IMG/VR virus record: IMGVR_UViG_3300047160_035999
Coordinates: 5,059 to 69,058 of that record
Direction: 5' to 3' (one strand)
DNA length: 64,000 nucleotides
Origin: a virus
The position numbers were made by a program, and so were the translations under genes. The notes under the pieces were generated by a model. It did no database searches and was not told the DNA's origin. It was given only the letters and a program-made list of their open reading frames with translations. Positions 1 through 8,735 of the stretch are shown one piece after another. The stretch's first letter is position 1, and each line of letters opens with the position of its first letter.

Positions 1-700
1 GATCCTCCCGCATCTTTCCGCCGGCGGCCTTGTAGGCCTCGGGGCCGACGAAGGTGACGAGCTGCGCGCCCTCGTTCGAATTTCCGACGATCGCGTCCTT
101 GACCTGCCAATGGGATGAAAGCCGCTTGCTCTTCTTCAGCTTCTCCAGCATGGCGTCTTGCTGGGCATGATCCCCCGCCAGGGTAAAGAGCCGCGCGATC
201 TCGTCGGCGTCACCTGGCGAGAACTGCCCTGTCTTCCAGACCTCGCGGACCTTCGGTGAGAGTTGGCCAAGCGCGAGATACTGGCGGACCTCCGGCAACG
301 GAAGGCCGTATCCCTTGGCGATGTCCTCGGCCGCTTTGCCGCAGGCCTTCAGCTCTGCGAAGGCTTCATAGATATCGACCGGATGCATATCTTCGCGGAT
401 GAAATTGGTGGTCAGGCTGATGTCGGCCGCTGCGGCCGCGTCGACCTCCTGAAGCACGCACTTGACCGGCGTCTCCTTATCGAATTCGCCGTCGCGTTGA
501 AGGATGTGGAGCGCGGCAAGCCGCTTCTGCCCATCGGTGACCAGATAACCGCTCGGGCCGTTCCGGCGCACCGTCAGCGGGACGAGCATGCCCTTGTTGC
601 GGATGCTGGCTAGGAGCGATTCATCTGGTACCAGGTCGGTTTTCCGGACGTTCGCCGGATCAACCTTCAGGTCCATCAACTTGGTCTCAACGATATGCAT
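1..700 (-). CDS. ParB/RepB/Spo0J family protein (3' end beyond the window)
   Basis: Manual translation from ATG 700 (RBS GAGGA): MHIVETKLMDLKVDPANVRK...LLASIRNKGMLVPLTVR...YLVTDGQKRLAAL...NFIREDMHPVDIYEAF, then an HTH-like segment; ParB N-terminal motifs; absent from the ORF track because it is truncated. Confidence 0.85.
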   Translation of the reverse strand, partial: MHIVETKLMDLKVDPANVRKTDLVPDESLLASIRNKGMLVPLTVRRNGPSGYLVTDGQKRLAALHILQRDGEFDKETPVKCVLQEVDAAAAADISLTTNFIREDMHPVDIYEAFAELKACGKAAEDIAKGYGLPLPEVRQYLALGQLSPKVREVWKTGQFSPGDADEIARLFTLAGDHAQQDAMLEKLKKSKRLSSHWQVKDAIVGNSNEGAQLVTFVGPEAYKAAGGKMRED

Positions 701-722
701 GGTGGTCCTCAATGTGTTGTGG

Positions 723-2612
723 TCACTTTCGACGCGGAACTTTTTTCGATTTGGCCGCCTTCGCCGGTTTCGTGGCTTTGGCTTTGCGATTGGATGAGAA
801 GTCCAGGCGCAGCTGTCCGGCCATCCGGGCAACGGTCGCGTAAGTGCGTCCCGGCAAGCGCTCGGGCACGTCGACGAGTTTCAGGCCGTCCTTGTGCGCC
901 TTCTTCAGGATCGCCTTTTCGGCATCCGTCCATGGCAGCCGCTGCTTCAGCCCCAGCTGACTTGCCATCGACAGGATCGCGCCCCTCGACCGATCCAACT
1001 CCTGCATGATCTCGGCGACCGATTTGTTCGCCGTGTACATCTCGGTCAGCTTCTTGAGATCGTCATCGGTCCACGGCTTAGCGCTGTTCCGGCTGATCCC
1101 GTGCTTCTGCGCAAATTTTGTGACCCCGGTGATGCCACGCTCGAAGCCGGCATCCTTCAAATCCTGGATGATCTCGCGGGTCGTTTTGCCTGCCTCGAGG
1201 CCGGCGAGCGCGATCTTGCTCTCCTCGCCGGACCAGTAGTTGACGCGATCACGTGTGATTCCCAGCGCGATCGCGCGCATCTGCACGGCGACGCGGCCGC
1301 GGCTGAAGCCGTTCTCGGCAAGCTTGCCGACGATCTCGATGATCTTCAATTCCTTGGTGTAACCGTCCTTGACGATCTCGTCCTCTTCCGCCTGCCATCC
1401 AAGATTCGCCTTGTGGCTGATGAGACCGAGCGCGTGCGCGCGCGTGGAAATGCCGCTGGTCGAGACCTGCAGGCCGGCGTCGGCGAGCAGCTGTCCGATT
1501 TCCGCAAGCGGCGTCGCAGCAGCGTATCCGTCGCGGATGATCTTGTCGTGTTCCTGAGCCCAGTCGATGCCGCGCCTGCCGGCCTTTCGAACATAGACGG
1601 TCATCGGCTGCGGCGCCGCGGCCTCGACCGCTTCGACCTGGCTGAGGAGCGCCAGCGCCTGCGCGGCGCCGAGCACCGGGGGCGCCTCAATCTTCGGAGC
1701 CTCGCCCTTGTGCCGCGTCTCGACGCCGCCGGCCTTGAACCGGGCCCGGCCCGGCAGGTTGAAAGCCGGGCCAATGCCCACGAACTCGCCATCCGATAGT
1801 GTCCGCAGCGCCCGGCTGTGCCCCGCCGTGAAACCCAGCACGTCGCCGGCGCGCTCTAGGTCTCGATCGAAGATCGTACGGCCAACAATGACATTGGTCG
1901 GCTTGGCGATGACCGGAGTCGACGTCTCGGCGATGCGGCTGGTAGCGATGACGCCGGCGATGCCACGCTTGCGGCCGCGCGTCATGACATCGGCGAGCGC
2001 GCGGATAGTCCTCTTGCGGGTCTCGACCTCGACGTCGCCGGGGTCGTACCGAGGCACAAGGGATTGAGCCTCGTCGATCAGCAGAAGCAAGGGGTACCAA
2101 AGCTCGTTCGGAGCCTCGACCAGCGCCGTCACCAGCTCGGCAACGATGACAAACCGATCTTCGCTGGTTGCGTCAGACAGATCGAGCACTGCGCTGTAAC
2201 GATTCTGGCGGAGATGGCGGCCAAAGGCGGCGCCACCAATACGTTGCACGTCCGAGGCCTTCACTACAGCAACATCGAACTTCTCGGCGATCGTGGAAAA
2301 CTCGCCGTCAACGTCGATGAGCAGCTGCTGCACCTTGCCCCAAGACTGCTCGAACAGCCGGCGCAGCAACATTGACTTGCCGGCGCCGCTGTTGCCCTGG
2401 ATCAGCAACCGACCGTCAACCAATCGATCGAGGCTAACGCCGACCTGATCGCCGTTCGAAGCATGGCCGAGAAGGATGTCGCCCTCGCGAATAACCCTCA
2501 GTACCGGCTTGACCGGTGCCGGCGGCGGTACGGGCGCGCCAGATCCTCCGGGCCCGAAGCCACGCCCCTCACGAGCGAGAGCCTGCGAGATTCTGGTGTC
2601 GATTGCGCTCAT
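723..2612 (-). CDS. HerA/DUF87-like ATPase with five C-terminal Myb/GcrA-like HTH repeats
   Basis: Walker A GNSGAGKS, Walker B LLLIDEAQ, RGRKRG motif; repeats of pattern W-x-x-E-x-x-x-(I/L)...EI. Confidence 0.8.
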   Translation of the reverse strand: MSAIDTRISQALAREGRGFGPGGSGAPVPPPAPVKPVLRVIREGDILLGHASNGDQVGVSLDRLVDGRLLIQGNSGAGKSMLLRRLFEQSWGKVQQLLIDVDGEFSTIAEKFDVAVVKASDVQRIGGAAFGRHLRQNRYSAVLDLSDATSEDRFVIVAELVTALVEAPNELWYPLLLLIDEAQSLVPRYDPGDVEVETRKRTIRALADVMTRGRKRGIAGVIATSRIAETSTPVIAKPTNVIVGRTIFDRDLERAGDVLGFTAGHSRALRTLSDGEFVGIGPAFNLPGRARFKAGGVETRHKGEAPKIEAPPVLGAAQALALLSQVEAVEAAAPQPMTVYVRKAGRRGIDWAQEHDKIIRDGYAAATPLAEIGQLLADAGLQVSTSGISTRAHALGLISHKANLGWQAEEDEIVKDGYTKELKIIEIVGKLAENGFSRGRVAVQMRAIALGITRDRVNYWSGEESKIALAGLEAGKTTREIIQDLKDAGFERGITGVTKFAQKHGISRNSAKPWTDDDLKKLTEMYTANKSVAEIMQELDRSRGAILSMASQLGLKQRLPWTDAEKAILKKAHKDGLKLVDVPERLPGRTYATVARMAGQLRLDFSSNRKAKATKPAKAAKSKKVPRRK

Positions 2613-2887
2613 CGCGGATACCCCGCTCGTTGGCTGAGGTCAGTAACGCGCCCCTCGATCGCCTGGATGCACGCGCTCTTGGCGCCCTCGAGCGTCGTCA
2701 CCGGTCCGATGCGCCGGATCAAAGTGGTGTCGGTCGGGTCCATCGCGTGGGCGTAGAAAGGCCCGACGTCGTAGAACCAGAGAACGCCGGCGAGCCGTTC
2801 GCCCTTGTCGTTGGTCAACGAGAGCGATCCCTTGAACATCGGACGCCCTTCCTCATCGTTCTCGATCGGGTCGTCGCGCCAGTTCAT
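2609..2887 (-). CDS. Hypothetical phage protein
   Basis: 92 aa ORF, ATGA-coupled to its neighbours. Confidence 0.7.
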   Translation of the reverse strand: MNWRDDPIENDEEGRPMFKGSLSLTNDKGERLAGVLWFYDVGPFYAHAMDPTDTTLIRRIGPVTTLEGAKSACIQAIEGRVTDLSQRAGYPR

Positions 2888-3090
2888 AGCTCACCTCTTA
2901 AGAGCCGATTGGCGCGTCCAACAGCGGCTGCAGCCCTTTCGACAACATGGATCGCTGTGAAGAATTCGCCGCTAACCCTTCCGGAATTCCGGGCGTTGAG
3001 CCAGCGAAGCACCTGAGCCGCGGTGACGGTCTCAAGGTCCTCCGCAACCTCGAACTCGATCTGGGCGATAGCCATTTTGTCGCCGCTCAT
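2884..3090 (-). CDS. Hypothetical phage protein
   Basis: ATG 3090 overlaps the TGA of the upstream ATPase. Confidence 0.6.
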   Translation of the reverse strand: MSGDKMAIAQIEFEVAEDLETVTAAQVLRWLNARNSGRVSGEFFTAIHVVERAAAAVGRANRLLRGEL

Positions 3091-4814
3091 GCCCGCACCC
3101 ACGATTGCAGCTCGACCATGCCACCGCTGGGATAGTCGATGATCTCGAGCGTTCGCATCGAACCGATCACGTTTTTCAGGTGGCCTGCTTTCGGGTCCCA
3201 GCCGACCGCCTCCGCGACCTCGGCCCGCGACATGGCATTGCGCGTCAGAAGGACCTCGAAAATCTGCTTCTGCGGATTCGAGAGGACATCGCGCAGCCCG
3301 TCGACCAGCGTCAGCGACATGTCGGGCTCAGGCGCTGCGGCCTCGCCGGCGTCGGTCAGTGCGACATGACCGCCGGCCGAAAGCGTCAGTCCGGCCGAGT
3401 TCAAGGAGCCTATGACGTTCTTGAGATGGCCAGCCGTCACCTTCCATCCGGCGATCGCCGCCACCTGCGCGCGCGATGGGTTGTCGAAGCCCATCGCCCG
3501 CCACCAGGCGAGCGCCCGCAGCAGCGTCCGCTGCGGGTTGGAAAGAGAGGCATCACCGCTCGCCACCGGTGATGGTTTGCGCGCGGCTGGAACTGCCGCG
3601 CGCGGCGTCGGGGCTGCGGTGCTTCTGGTCACCGCTGGCGAGCCCGTTTCAGGGTTGATGAATTCGAGGTTGGTCGCTCCAACGTTGGTTTGCAGGGATT
3701 CGGTGAACGTCCTGACCGTCGTTTGCACTTGGTGCTTCAGGGCCGCATACGATTCCTTGCCCTGCTTGGCCGCTTCCGCAAAGCCCAGTTGGTAACCGCG
3801 CGCTTCGGCCTCGAGCAAACCTTCTCGCGATGGCGCTGACGGCGCCGCTGACCGCGCACCATCCCGCTCCTGCTCCAGCTTCCGCTTGTCGCGCTCGAGC
3901 ACCGAGATCCGCTCGCGGAGCTTCTTCGGGTCATCGGCCTCGGCCTTCGCGACCTCCTCGCCGATCAGCGCGCGCAGCGCGGCCTCGTCGACCGGCGCCA
4001 TCTTGACGTCGAACTGGTCATCGTCCCCCGTCGGCGTCGCGGTGTTGTCGAAGGTCCGGAACTTCGGGAACTTGGTCCGCTGAAAGAGCTGCGTGCGGCC
4101 GGAGCATAGCCAGCCCTCGCCGGTCTGCAGCGACGCTAGCGTTCCGGAGACCTCTGCGGCCGCCGACTTGTTCACGCCCTTCAGCCATTTGATGACCGGC
4201 TCCTGGTCGGCATCGAACATCAGCTGATGCGCAATCAGGGTCTGGCAGCTGCCGAGCACGGCATTGTGCAGCGCCTGGACGCGCTGCGTAGCGACGATGA
4301 GCCTGATACCCTTGGTGCGGCTGCCGGTGCCGAGCTTCTTCGCCCAATGGATGGACATGTTCTCGCCGCCGAAGCCTACCCGCTCTTTCGGCGCGATCTC
4401 GTGCGCCTCCTCGATGACCAGATACACGACGCCGCGGATGTTCTTCCAAAGCGACTGGGCGAAATCGACGAAGAACCGCTGGATGCCGCCGGCCTCGAAG
4501 TCGGCCATATCGATGATCGACAGCGGCAGCTTGCCGGTACCGACGAGCTGGCCGATCACCTTGCCGGCCGACGAGTGCAGCGGGACGTGGCCGCGCGGTC
4601 CGCCGAGAATCTTGAATGGCAGGCCCGCGCTCTTTCCGCTGGCGCTGGACGTGATGCCCCACCAGTCCGACTTGATTGTGTCGAGCACGCAGACGCGAAA
4701 GTTTTCGGCGACCTGCTCAACAATCAGCTTCTCGGTCGAGGTTTTACCGCTGCCGGTCATGCCGAGCACGGCAGTGTGAGAGGCGAGAATTTCGTCGGGG
4801 ATGGCGTGCTTCAT
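3087..4814 (-). CDS. HerA/DUF87-like ATPase with coiled coil and two C-terminal winged-helix-like repeats
   Basis: Start moved to MKHAIPD (4814, ATGA-coupled); Walker A GMTGSGKT, Walker B LVIEEAHE, ATQR; duplicated LSNPQ...SRA.VA...GW...AGHLKNVIGS unit. Confidence 0.8.
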   Translation of the reverse strand: MKHAIPDEILASHTAVLGMTGSGKTSTEKLIVEQVAENFRVCVLDTIKSDWWGITSSASGKSAGLPFKILGGPRGHVPLHSSAGKVIGQLVGTGKLPLSIIDMADFEAGGIQRFFVDFAQSLWKNIRGVVYLVIEEAHEIAPKERVGFGGENMSIHWAKKLGTGSRTKGIRLIVATQRVQALHNAVLGSCQTLIAHQLMFDADQEPVIKWLKGVNKSAAAEVSGTLASLQTGEGWLCSGRTQLFQRTKFPKFRTFDNTATPTGDDDQFDVKMAPVDEAALRALIGEEVAKAEADDPKKLRERISVLERDKRKLEQERDGARSAAPSAPSREGLLEAEARGYQLGFAEAAKQGKESYAALKHQVQTTVRTFTESLQTNVGATNLEFINPETGSPAVTRSTAAPTPRAAVPAARKPSPVASGDASLSNPQRTLLRALAWWRAMGFDNPSRAQVAAIAGWKVTAGHLKNVIGSLNSAGLTLSAGGHVALTDAGEAAAPEPDMSLTLVDGLRDVLSNPQKQIFEVLLTRNAMSRAEVAEAVGWDPKAGHLKNVIGSMRTLEIIDYPSGGMVELQSWVRA

Positions 4815-5089
4815 TGTGCAATACCCTCGAATCGGCAAGCGCGTTCCCACGCCTCGGCCTCGCTCAGAGCGCCGCGACCATTGATGCTGGGGTCTGATCG
4901 ATTGCCGATGTCGTACCTGACGCCGAAGCCGACAGGCCCGAACCATGCCCAACGCTCTCCTCCGTAGACGTCTTCGGTCTTGTCCAGTCCCATCGAAAGG
5001 AACGGCCAGATCCGGATGTCGAGGTTGAGCGACAATCGGCGACAATTTCGCCAATGCCAACCGGGCTCGGCAGGGCCAAAGGCATTCAT
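4811..5089 (-). CDS. Hypothetical phage protein
   Basis: 92 aa ORF coupled to the ATPase start. Confidence 0.55.
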   Translation of the reverse strand: MNAFGPAEPGWHWRNCRRLSLNLDIRIWPFLSMGLDKTEDVYGGERWAWFGPVGFGVRYDIGNRSDPSINGRGALSEAEAWERACRFEGIAQ

Positions 5090-5308
5090 CTATAATTTCC
5101 CGAATAAGGCCATCATACCGATGACCAGGAGGCACAGCGCCCCAACGGCGAGCATGAAGGCGCCGAAGCTGATGATCAGCATGATCGGCCAGCCGAGCAG
5201 CCAGCCAAATGTCCATGCGGACGTGAAATCGAAATGGGAGCCGACGAAGATCGCGTGCAATAGCGCGCCGATTCCGATGTATATGCCGAAGCCCATCAGC
5301 CGTGTCAT
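5090..5308 (-). CDS. Small membrane protein
   Basis: MTRLMGFGIYIGIGALLHAIF...; two hydrophobic segments; ATGA overlap at 5305-5308. Confidence 0.65.
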   Translation of the reverse strand: MTRLMGFGIYIGIGALLHAIFVGSHFDFTSAWTFGWLLGWPIMLIISFGAFMLAVGALCLLVIGMMALFGKL

Positions 5309-5562
5309 GCTGCCACCGGTGCTGGATAGTCGCGCGCGAGCTGGGTGAGCAATCGGGTGTCGTCGACATCGAGCTTCCGCGACGCGAGGATTTGCAGTGC
5401 GCCGCCGACGCGCGGATCGTCGAAGAGGATTTGAGGCTCGGGGCCGTTCAAGCCCCATACCCAGGCGAAGGTGCGAGGGCGGCCGGTCATTTCGAAGCAC
5501 TCCCGGCCGAGTTTAGATTTGTCGATGAGAGCGAGCGGCAGAACTCCTTGAAGTCCGGCCAT
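5305..5562 (-). CDS. Hypothetical phage protein
   Basis: ORF in the coupled leftward operon; start uncertain. Confidence 0.5.
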   Translation of the reverse strand: MAGLQGVLPLALIDKSKLGRECFEMTGRPRTFAWVWGLNGPEPQILFDDPRVGGALQILASRKLDVDDTRLLTQLARDYPAPVAA

Positions 5563-6323
5563 TGGTCGAGCTTCCCGAGAAGCCAACATTGCAGGAATTC
5601 GAGGCGCTCAAAATCGTCGTTGATCTTCTCGACGGCAAATCGAACGGCCGCTTCAAGCGCGGCAATCCGCCGCTCAGCCTGAAGGGCTCGCTCTGTCTGT
5701 TCGTCCTCTCCGTGGCGGGCTTCTGCAATTGCTGCGTCAGATGCTGCCGGAGTTTGAGACTTCGCCGGGCAGTGAAAATGATGGCATGGATCGTCCACGT
5801 GACGAGAGCAGCCGGGGCACCAAATCTGCGTTGCGGTCGCTGCCGAAGTGCGAAGAGCTGCGACCCGTCGGCGCTCGCCGGCAAGACACTTGCCTGACTT
5901 TCTGCAGGTATCCTCGCAAAGCTCCCAACCTTCGCAGGCTGATAATTCGCAGCGCCGCGTTGTCGATTGTTGGGCAGGCTCTATCGCTGCCGGTGAGCGC
6001 GGCTCTGTGTATGCTGGAGATACCGCCACGTTCGTTGCGTGCGCGTACATTTCGACATCGCGGGCGGCGCCTCTGGCGGCTTCCTCTGTGAGATAAATCG
6101 ACGCCTGCGGCCCGCTCTGTTTCATTGTCCATGTGACGAGCCATCCGACCGGCTGCGCTGTCGCGCTTTGGGCAGATGCTCGCGCCCAGGCAGTCATCGG
6201 CGCCCGGCATCCGCACGTCGCGCATCGGACGGCGGCTTCCTTGACGCTAGATCCTTCAGCGTAGAAGACGCCTTCAGAGACATTGTTGCCGCTACACAGG
6301 GGGCAGGGCGGAAGATCGGTCAT
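5487..6323 (-). CDS. Lar (restriction alleviation)-like Zn-ribbon domain protein
   Basis: N-terminal LPPCPLCSG...VRCATCGCRAP...W pattern; further Cys clusters downstream. Confidence 0.55.
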   Translation of the reverse strand: MTDLPPCPLCSGNNVSEGVFYAEGSSVKEAAVRCATCGCRAPMTAWARASAQSATAQPVGWLVTWTMKQSGPQASIYLTEEAARGAARDVEMYAHATNVAVSPAYTEPRSPAAIEPAQQSTTRRCELSACEGWELCEDTCRKSGKCLAGERRRVAALRTSAATATQIWCPGCSRHVDDPCHHFHCPAKSQTPAASDAAIAEARHGEDEQTERALQAERRIAALEAAVRFAVEKINDDFERLEFLQCWLLGKLDQWPDFKEFCRSLSSTNLNSAGSASK

Positions 6324-6643
6324 GCGTTCCCCGCTGGGTGCTGGACGGCCACGCGAGGGTGCTTCAGCCACTTCTTTCGAGCAACGAGCAGCTCCGCGAC
6401 GAAGTGCTTCGCGGACTTGCTCGATTGATACGCCAGCAGCTCGCTCAAGACATTGCCGAGGGCCGTGATGGTCTCACCGATGTTCACCGAAAAATCACCG
6501 GTCGGATTGCCATCTGGCGACAGCGCGGCTCGAATGCGGCACTCCATGCAGACGCAGCGCTGCGTCTTGGCATCAGCCTTCTGAGGCTGAGCCGCATCCG
6601 ATGCCTGCTGAAACACGTCGCCGATATCATTGCTCATGGCCAC
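6320..6643 (-). CDS. Hypothetical phage protein
   Basis: 107 aa ORF, ATGA-coupled. Confidence 0.55.
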   Translation of the reverse strand: MAMSNDIGDVFQQASDAAQPQKADAKTQRCVCMECRIRAALSPDGNPTGDFSVNIGETITALGNVLSELLAYQSSKSAKHFVAELLVARKKWLKHPRVAVQHPAGNA

Positions 6644-7002
6644 GTCTCCGGCAGCAGTTCCGCAGTCGGTGATCCTGCCGAGGACTCGGCTAACGCAGAC
6701 CCAGTCATTTGCCTGACTGTCGTCCGTGATGCTGCGCTGCTGTCCCTGCCCTCGGCAGGATTCGGGGAAAGTGGTGGTGATGGTCGCTGCCGCCCGATCG
6801 CGGCGGCAAGCGCGCTGACCAGATAGCCCTGGCAGGAGCCGTCGATCGCGCGCCAGAAGCTCATCGCGAGGTTGAGCTGATAGTCACCCTCGACGATCAC
6901 GTTGAAGTCGTCGACCTCGACGAACCGCAGGCCGAACGTGCGCAGCGCCGCCCGGACGAAGCCCCTGTGCGCCTCCCGCAGGCGCTCGGCCGCGGTCGTC
7001 AT
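6634..7002 (-). CDS. Hypothetical phage protein
   Basis: Start MTTAAERLREAH with RBS GGAGG; ATGA overlap. Confidence 0.55.
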   Translation of the reverse strand: MTTAAERLREAHRGFVRAALRTFGLRFVEVDDFNVIVEGDYQLNLAMSFWRAIDGSCQGYLVSALAAAIGRQRPSPPLSPNPAEGRDSSAASRTTVRQMTGSALAESSAGSPTAELLPETWP

Positions 7003-7430
7003 TGGCGCATCCTCTTGGTGATGGTGAGGTCGAGGCTCATGGCGAGCTGCAGAAACTGGCGGGCCTGCGCCAACCAAGGTTCCTTCTGTTCGTGCGTTCG
7101 CTCCTCCCACAGCGGCCGCATCAGGCCATGCCGACTTCGCAAGAGAAGCGCGCCGACCGCGTCGAGGAGCGCGAGGCTGGCTTTGAGCTCGTCCCATGCA
7201 AGCAGCGCGTCATCGAGCCGGGTGAAGGTCTGCCCGTCCGTGAGCCGGTATTCCTGGCTCTCCTGCCGGAACTCATGCTCCTCCTCGTCCATCCGCGAGA
7301 CGCAGACCACCTGCATGCCAGGCAGGCCGAGCACGTCGAAGACTTGACGCACCCGGCCGCCGTCGAGCGTGTCGGTCCGGAGGAGCTTCGAGACATAGAT
7401 CGTCTCGGCGAGAGGTTGCGCGCTGCTCAT
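6999..7430 (-). CDS. Hypothetical phage protein
   Basis: Start MSSAQPLAET overlaps the recT stop. Confidence 0.55.
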   Translation of the reverse strand: MSSAQPLAETIYVSKLLRTDTLDGGRVRQVFDVLGLPGMQVVCVSRMDEEEHEFRQESQEYRLTDGQTFTRLDDALLAWDELKASLALLDAVGALLLRSRHGLMRPLWEERTHEQKEPWLAQARQFLQLAMSLDLTITKRMRQ

Positions 7431-8725
7431 GACTGGTTCGCGTCCTCGATCTCGCTGCACTTCTTCTCCAGCTTCTCCTGGAGGGTCTCGCGCATGTCGG
7501 GCCCGACGTTCGCCTTGTTGCGAAGCGTCTTCTCGTCCTTCCAGCGCTTGCGCCCTTCGCCGGCATCGGTCAGCGCATCGCGCCACGCGTCCGCGTACTT
7601 GACGTACTCGGCCTCGTTCTTCGGCGCGGTGGCATTGCCGGTCTCGGCCTGGCTCGCGGCCTTGGGCGCCTCCTTCCCACCTTCATCTTTGGGAGGTTCC
7701 GATGTTCGGGAGGCGCCCTGGCCCGACGCAGTGGTCTCCATCTTCGGTCCATCGGAGGGACTTGCGGACGACTGCGCTGAGCTGGATTTGTCGGCACGGC
7801 CTGCCGTCGTGTCAGGACCGGATGGAGTCCCGGCCTGCCCTGCCGTCCCCGCATCGCGTTCTGAATGTGCTCCGGGTTCTTGCGATACGGTGGAAGTGGT
7901 GTACTCGATAGCGGTTGCCGGCGCGTCGGCCGGTGGCAGCTGGGCGAGCATGTCGAGTTTTCCGGCAAGCGATGCCGGCTGGCGCTGCGCGGCGTCCTCG
8001 CGCGCGGCGTCGAAATCATAGAGATTGTCGTCACGGCGGATCAGGTCATCGAGATCCGTGTTCAACGGCAGCCGCTTGGACAACCGTCGAATGGCGCTCT
8101 TCTTCGCCATTTCCTCCCACCACTCGACCCAAGGCCCCTTGTCCTTGGAGCGGCTGACGCTGCGAATCTTCTCGATGTCCGCCGGCTTCAGAACCTCGAC
8201 CTCGACCGCACCGTCCTTGAGCTTCGCCATGGCGAACGCGCAAAGCACCATGTTGCGGTCCTGGGCATCGCCGGCCTCGTACTGAAGGTGCTCACCTTCG
8301 TTGTCGATCCAGTTCCTGAATTTGTCGCCGGCATAGACGACCTTCGCGACGATGGTGGAGAGCTCGCCGGAGTTCCGGACCTTCTTGAGGATTCCCGCGA
8401 CCATCGGCATGTACTGGACCGCATCGATCCAGCGCTCGCCCTGATCATCCTTCTTCTTGGTCCGGTAGATGACGAGCGCGGCTTCTCGACCATCGCACAG
8501 CAGCCCGTCCGCGGCCGCCATCATCGCCGACGAGAAGAGCGAGGCTCGATCGGCAAAGAGCAGCGACGGATTCTTGTTCACGGCGGTGAGGATCACGCGA
8601 ACAAATCGTTCCGCGGGGATATGCGCTGGCAGTGCTGCGGCAAACTCTTGCTGCCGCGCTTCCACCTGCTGGCGGAATATCGCGACGGGGTTGGTGGGCC
8701 GCTCGGCGACGTCGGTGCCGGACAT
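7427..8725 (-). CDS. recT: RecT family single-strand annealing recombinase with long acidic/low-complexity C-terminus
   Basis: LPAHIPAERFVRVILTAV.KNP.L, GLLCDGREAALV, VQYMPMVAGILK, W.EWWEEMAKKSAIRRLSK.LP. Confidence 0.9.
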   Translation of the reverse strand: MSGTDVAERPTNPVAIFRQQVEARQQEFAAALPAHIPAERFVRVILTAVNKNPSLLFADRASLFSSAMMAAADGLLCDGREAALVIYRTKKKDDQGERWIDAVQYMPMVAGILKKVRNSGELSTIVAKVVYAGDKFRNWIDNEGEHLQYEAGDAQDRNMVLCAFAMAKLKDGAVEVEVLKPADIEKIRSVSRSKDKGPWVEWWEEMAKKSAIRRLSKRLPLNTDLDDLIRRDDNLYDFDAAREDAAQRQPASLAGKLDMLAQLPPADAPATAIEYTTSTVSQEPGAHSERDAGTAGQAGTPSGPDTTAGRADKSSSAQSSASPSDGPKMETTASGQGASRTSEPPKDEGGKEAPKAASQAETGNATAPKNEAEYVKYADAWRDALTDAGEGRKRWKDEKTLRNKANVGPDMRETLQEKLEKKCSEIEDANQS

Positions 8726-8735
8726 GAAACTCTCC

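Noticed and set aside
4815-5369. 5' extension of the 760-aa ATPase ORF
   Set aside because: Arg-rich non-domain sequence overlapping three coupled small genes; the true start is ATG 4814
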